Assembly (NCBI GenBank): GCA_964016885.1
Contig: OZ024761.1
Coordinates: forward strand, 30,256,001 to 30,320,000
Length of the DNA: 64,000 bases
From: Eledone cirrhosa
Taxonomy: Eukaryota
Direction: 5' to 3'
Shown: positions 56,593-64,000 of the stretch, in pieces
Position numbering within the stretch: position 1 is the stretch's first letter
How the letters are laid out: every line of letters begins with the position of its first letter
The notes under the pieces: model-generated
The model's database searches: none
What the model saw: only the letters and a program-made list of their open reading frames with translations
Told to the model about the DNA's origin: nothing
Position numbers and translations under genes: made by a program

Positions 56593-56791
56593 TATATCAT
56601 ATATTCTACATATATATATATTTTAATTTTGATTATTTCTCATATAAAATAATACAACTGGCTTTCCACAAAATACATATAGTTAGCACCCCAAACACAA
56701 AATTGGGATTATACTAACGTATACCCTAATCTTTGTTGAGTGAGATGGTCACCAGTCAGAGTTTAGCTTAAAGCTTTCTCTGTTATTGTAT

Positions 56792-56866
<75 letters not shown>

Positions 56867-56940
56867 ATAATAATAAATTTGAAGACTAAAATCCAAAGAG
56901 AGCTCGATAAGGATAAATATATATCAAATATATAAGAACC

Positions 56941-57350
56941 GATAATACACACATCTAGGACCACATACAACACATAATCAGGTAATACACACATCTAGGA
57001 CCACATACAACACATAATCAGATAATACACACATCTAGGACCACATACAACACATAATCAGATAATACACACATCTAGGACCACATACAACACATAATCA
57101 GGTAATACACACAACTAGGACCACATACAACACATAATCAGATAATACACACATCTAGGACCACATTCAACATATAATCAGATAATACACACATCTAGGA
57201 CCACATACAACACATAATCAGATAATACACACATCTAGGACCACATACAATACATAATCAGATAATACACACATCTTGGACCACATACAACACATAATCA
57301 GGTAATACACACATCTAGGACCATATACAACACATAATCAGATAATACAG
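56941..57350. repeat. 40-bp minisatellite, about 10 copies
   Basis: GATAATACACACATCTAGGACCACATACAACACATAATCA. Confidence 0.92.
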
Positions 57351-57555
57351 ACATGTTTGGAATATTGTTAATCAATTTTTTAGTAATCTACTGATATAAA
57401 AATCAGTAGTATATTGAAAAAGTGAAGCAATAGGGTGGCGGGGAGGGGTCATGATTTCGAGGGACAAAAGGGGGCGTTTGGCCTAAATAGGTTGAGAACC
57501 TGTGTTTTAGTCCATTGAGCCCTCTTTGGATTTTAGTCTTCAAATTTATTATTAT

Positions 57556-57626
<71 letters not shown>

Positions 57627-57714
57627 TTTGAATTATTGATGCTCTGGACAAATATGCGCATTGAGAAGCACAAATATCATACATAATTGATATGTTATGA
57701 TAACTTAAATTTGT

Positions 57715-57715
57715 T

Positions 57716-57746
<31 letters not shown>

Positions 57747-57810
57747 ATATATATTATATATATTATATTTATATATATATATTATATATATTATATATAT
57801 ATATATATAT

Positions 57811-57842
<32 letters not shown>

Positions 57843-57844
57843 AT

Positions 57845-57907
<63 letters not shown>

Positions 57908-58388
57908 ATATATTATATATATATATATATTATATATTATATATATATATATATATTATATATATATATATATTATATATTATATATATATATATATATT
58001 ATATATATATATATATTATATATTATATATTATATATATATATTATATATTATATATATATATATATTATATATTTATATATTATATATATATATTATAT
58101 ATATATATATATTATATATTATATATATATATATATTATATATTATATATTTATATATATATATATATTATATATATATTATATATATATATTATATTAT
58201 ATATTATATATTATATTATATATTATATATATATTATATATTATATATATATATTATATATTATATATATATATATTATATATTATATATATATATATTA
58301 TATATTATATATATATTATATATATATTATATTATATATATATTATATATATTATATATATATATATATATATTATATAAAATATATA

Positions 58389-58453
<65 letters not shown>

Positions 58454-58691
58454 ATATTATATATATATATATTATATATTATATATATATTATATATATA
58501 TTATATATATATATATATTATATATATTATATATATATATATATTATATATATATATATATTATATATATATATATTATATATATATATATATTATATAT
58601 TATATATATATTATATATATATTATATATATATATATATTATATATATTATATATATATATATATTATATATATATATATATTATAATATA

Positions 58692-58729
<38 letters not shown>

Positions 58730-58813
58730 TATATATTATATATATATATATATATTATATATATATAATATATATATATTATATATTATATAATATATAT
58801 ATTATATAATATA

Positions 58814-58885
<72 letters not shown>

Positions 58886-59864
58886 ATATATATATATAAT
58901 ATATATATATATTATATATATATATTATATATATATATTATATATATAATATATATATATAATATATATATATAATATATATATATAATATATATATATT
59001 ATATATATATATTATATATATATATTATATATATATTATATATATATATATTATATATTATATATAAATATTATATATATATATTATATATTATATATAT
59101 ATATTATATATATATATATTATATATTATATATATATTATATATATATATATTATATATTATATATATATATTATATATATATATATTATATATTATATA
59201 TATATTATATATATATATATTATATATTATATATATATTATATATATATATATATATATTATATATTAAATATATATATATATTATATATTACATATATA
59301 TATATATTATATATATATATTATATATTAAATATATATATATATTATATATTATATATATATATATATATTATATATATATATATATATTATATATTATA
59401 TATATATATATATTATATATATATATTATATATATATATTATATATATATATATATTATATATTATATATATATATATTATATATATATTATATATTATA
59501 TATATATTATATATATATATTATATATTATATATATATTATATATATATATTATATATTATATATATATTATATATATATATTATATATTATATATATAT
59601 TATATATATATATTATATATTATATATATATTATATATTATATATATATTATATATATATATTATATATTATATATATATTATATATATATATTATATAT
59701 TATATATATATATTATATATTATATATATATATATATATTATATATATTATATATTATATATATATTATATATATTATATATTATATATATATTATATAT
59801 ATTATATATTATATATATATTATATATATTATATATTATATATATATTATATATATATATATAT

Positions 59865-59896
<32 letters not shown>

Positions 59897-60075
59897 TATA
59901 TATATATTATATATATATTATATATATATATATTATATATTATATATATATTATATATATATATATTATATATATATATATTATATATTATATATATATT
60001 ATATATTATATATATATATATTATATATATATATATATTATATATTATATATATATATATTATATATTATATATA

Positions 60076-60120
<45 letters not shown>

Positions 60121-60238
60121 ATATATTATATATTATATATATATATTATATATATATGTTATATATTATATATATTATATATATATATATATATTATATA
60201 TATTATATATTATATATATATATATTATATATATTATA

Positions 60239-60287
<49 letters not shown>

Positions 60288-61307
60288 TATATATATATTA
60301 TATATATATTATATATATATTATATATATTATATATATATTATATATATATTATATATATTATATATATATTATATATATTATATATATATTATATATAT
60401 ATTATATATATTATATATATATATTATATATATATATTATATATATATATATTATATATATTATATATATATATATATTATATATATTATATATATATAT
60501 TATATCTATATTATATATATATATATTATATATATATATATTATATATTTATATATATATTATATATATATTATATATATATATTATATATATTTATATA
60601 TATATTATATATATATTATATATATATATTATATATATTATATATATATATTATATATATTATATATATATTATATATATATTATATATATATATTATAT
60701 ATATTATATATATATTATATATATATTATATATATATATTATATATATTATATATATATTATATATATATTATATATATTATATATATATTATATATATA
60801 TTATATATATATTATATATATATTATATATATATTATATATATATATATTATATATATATTATATATATATATATATTATATATATATTATATATATATT
60901 ATATATATATTATATATATATTATATATATATTATATATATACTATATATATATATTATATATATATTATATATATACTATATATATATATTATATATAT
61001 ACTATATATATATATTATATATATATTATATATATATATTATATATATATTTTATATATATATTATATATATATTATATATATTTTATATATATATTATA
61101 TATATATTATATATATACTATATATATATATTATATATATACTATATATATATATTATATATATATTATATATTATATATATACTATATATATATATTAT
61201 ATATATATTATATATTATATATATATTATATATATACTATATATATATATTATATATATATTATATATTATATATATATTATATATATATTATATATATA
61301 TATTATA

Positions 61308-61350
<43 letters not shown>
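57715..61350. repeat. 3.6-kb interrupted (TA)n array
   Basis: Almost exclusively A/T; TA runs punctuated mostly by TT. Confidence 0.95.
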
Positions 61351-61356
<6 letters not shown>

Positions 61357-61838
61357 TCGTGCGAAACTATTTTGCTGGTTTGAGGGCCGATGAGGGTGAG
61401 GATGCGTGTTTGTGTTATGGATGCTCTGGACAAATGTCCATTGAGCTTTTCCATTGAGAAGCACAAATATCATACATAATTAATATGATATGGTACCTTA
61501 AATTCGTGTATAGATATATAATTAAATCGTACGAAACCATTTTGCTTGTTTGAGAGCTGATGACGGTGAAGATTCGTGTGTGTGTAAACTTGTCTTGTAC
61601 ATCACTTTTCTTTATTCCCTTCCTCCAGTCACTTTTCTTTATTTCCTTCTTCCAGTCACTTGTCCTTTTTTTATATTTCATTTGCCTTTCACCCACCTTG
61701 TAGATTGTCTCTCTGTCCTCTGAGATATTTTTGCCCATCGCTGTCTTTGACAGCATTTAGCTGTTTTAACAGCTGTTCTAGCGATGAGTTTACTTATTTT
61801 TATATGTACTCAATATGTATATATAAATACATATACAT

Positions 61839-61913
<75 letters not shown>

Positions 61914-61914
61914 G

Positions 61915-62330
61915 AGATTTTGAGTTTATGTTGGTTGTATACCAACACCTCAGTATGCAGGCTGGAGCACTCGACGATGTGCGCAGGTTGGTTTGGTTAC
62001 TCCGGAGTAGTGTAAAATAAAGTTAAATGATTAAAATTTAGCTTCGTTTATTACTGCTATATATATTTCAGTGACAGCCATCTTTGGCTGTGACCTCTTC
62101 AGGCAGTTTGAATTAGTATGGTATAGACAAGTACATATGTTGTTTAGGTGTATGATATTGTCAATACTCTGATATGCCCAGTTCCTTGTTGGGTTGTTAA
62201 TTCACTGGGGAACTGGAGTCATATATATAGCAGTAATAAACGAAGTCATATATATAGCAGTAATAAACTGAAATATATATAGCAGTAATAAACGAAGCTA
62301 AATTTTAATCATTTGACTTTTATTTAACTT

Positions 62331-62334
<4 letters not shown>
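61915..62334 (-). mobile_element. Foldback element with tail on the left
   Basis: 62017-62071 is inverted at about 62268-62334; (TA)n flanks. Confidence 0.72.
62053..62107 (-). ncRNA. Type I minimal hammerhead ribozyme
   Basis: ACTGC-CTGAAGA-GGTcACAGCCA aaga TGGCTGTcACT-GAAA-TATATA-TA-GCAGT. Confidence 0.78.
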
Positions 62335-62393
<59 letters not shown>

Positions 62394-62772
62394 TACATAT
62401 ATATATATGTGTGTGTGTGTGTGTAAGAGATAGTGTTTGTGTATATGTATATGGGTGTGTGTGTCTACACATGTATGCATATATATGTATGTGTCTGCGT
62501 GTGTGTGTGTGTGTATGTGTATTTATATGTGTGTATGTGGGTATATATTCGCGAGTGTGAGCAGACTTGTGAGATACCAAACCCAGCATGAGCCCATTGA
62601 AGTGTGTCGGACGGAGAGGTGCTGATGACCAGTGTGGCAGCAAATATTGACCTGAATTTATGATGACGTAGAAAAACAACAGCCAATGGCAAGACAAGAG
62701 TGGAAGATGTTTTTTGAAGGTGTTTATTGAAGCTAACACCCCAGTGAGAAAATTTGCTCCGAAAGCATTGCA

Positions 62773-62862
62773 TGTGTCCGAAGAACCCGCAGTTATAGAA
62801 TCAGGCAGATCCATACAATGATCATGTCTCGAGCTATCTGCCGGCGAAACAATTGTAACACG
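62773..62862 (+). ncRNA. Hammerhead candidate, CCGAAGA variant, extended stem II
   Basis: TGTGT-CCGAAGA-aCCcGCAG...CTGCcGGc-GAAAC-AATT-GTA-ACACG; degenerate homolog at about 14768-14895. Confidence 0.55.
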
Positions 62863-62905
62863 CAATAAACTGAGTCTAGATGCATCACTGATTTTTCGTT
62901 TTTTT

Positions 62906-62940
<35 letters not shown>

Positions 62941-62942
<2 letters not shown>

Positions 62943-63304
62943 TAGCGTGTGTGTGTCTGTCTGTGTACAAATACTAGGCTCCTTTTAACTTTTGAAGTAC
63001 TAGGCCGATTTCAACCAAATTTGGCACACGTATTGCTTATATGCCAGAGCAGGTTTTGAACAAAATATTGGGGTCGAAAAATCGATTTTGTGTGTGTATC
63101 TGTCTGTGTACAAATACTAAGCTCCTTTTAACTTTTGAAGTACTAGGCCTATTTGGCACGTGCTACTGAGGCGACCTCTCATTGGCTAGCCAATTAGCTG
63201 ACATAAGCTGACATGCATTCAGAAATTACTAGCTAAGCCATAAACGACCTTGAACAATTCAAGCTGTCATTCATTTCCCGAGCAACGCCGGGTACATCTG
63301 CTAA
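62941..63304 (+). mobile_element. Non-autonomous Helitron-like element
   Basis: GTCT microsatellite near the 5' end, CCGATTTCAACCAAATTTGGCAC motif, 3' hairpin CCCGAGCAACGCCGGG followed by CTAA (CTRR); internal duplication of about 55 bp. Confidence 0.65.
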
Positions 63305-64000
63305 TATATATATATATATATACTAGCCATAAAAACGCTGGGCTTTATAATAACAAATATATAATTTAATAATTCCTTGTTTACACCATTCTATGTAAAG
63401 TAGCTTGAATCCTCGATTTTCCTCGACCCTCTTGTCTTTCGGTATTACGGTCGCCGTATTTCAGTTTACAATATATATCATTTGAATTAATTATAATAAT
63501 TTATTTTATTCCTTGTTTTCATTAATCATCATGAATTATATATACCCACTAAATTTCGATGACTTTGTTCTATCTGACTATCTATCTATCGATCGATCGA
63601 TCGATCGGTGGATAAATCTATCGATCTATCTATATTCGGGTTGCAGTCATAACTCTATCAACAACCCCGACAGCAACATCACCAACACAAATAACAACAC
63701 TATCACCACCACTTCCAACACCAACAACAACTCTAATAACACCATCATCAAACCATTACCTCCAACAACACCAACACCAATAACAACAACACCACCACCA
63801 ACAACAACACCACCACCAACAACAACACCAACAACAACAATACCAACATCACCATCGACACCACCAATACCAACAACACAAACATCTCAACCAACAACAT
63901 CACCAAGAACACCAACACCACCAACAACATCAACACCGCCAAAACAACACCAACAACAACACAAACATCTCAACCAACAATATCAACACCAACAAGAACA

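Noticed and set aside
56941-57350. Regular 40-bp (and 29-bp at 42570) repeats as CRISPR arrays
   Set aside because: No unique spacers, no cas genes, eukaryotic context
61521-61575. CGAAAC...CTGATGA as a permuted (type II) hammerhead
   Set aside because: Stems I-III cannot be paired convincingly

Overview
Eukaryotic, very AT-rich and microsatellite-saturated DNA, most likely from an octopus or related coleoid cephalopod (inferred from repeat content). It holds one intact protein-coding gene: a 4-exon, 356-aa RDH11-14-like short-chain dehydrogenase on the minus strand (CDS 52455 to 21297, with a 25.5-kb first intron). The rest is tRNA-derived SINEs (two head-to-tail arrays), LINE fragments (CR1/L2-like, RTE, R4-like, Tx1-like), a Helitron, minisatellites and a 3.6-kb AT array. 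The main hidden signal lies in the short unique islands between (TA)n tracts. Many share one architecture: inverted partial copy, spacer, direct copy, then an unpaired tail. They carry type I hammerhead ribozyme (HHR) folds. I count about 17 candidates with the catalytic core and stems I-III, some with a weak stem, plus several half-motifs, from many unrelated sequence families. These include U3-A8 and C4 core variants and one unit with terminal direct repeats suggestive of a circular RNA template. The best reading is a dense, diverse population of non-coding, TA-targeted Penelope-like/retrozyme elements, several in sense orientation inside the gene's introns. All folds were read by eye, repeat boundaries are approximate, and ribozyme activity is untested.
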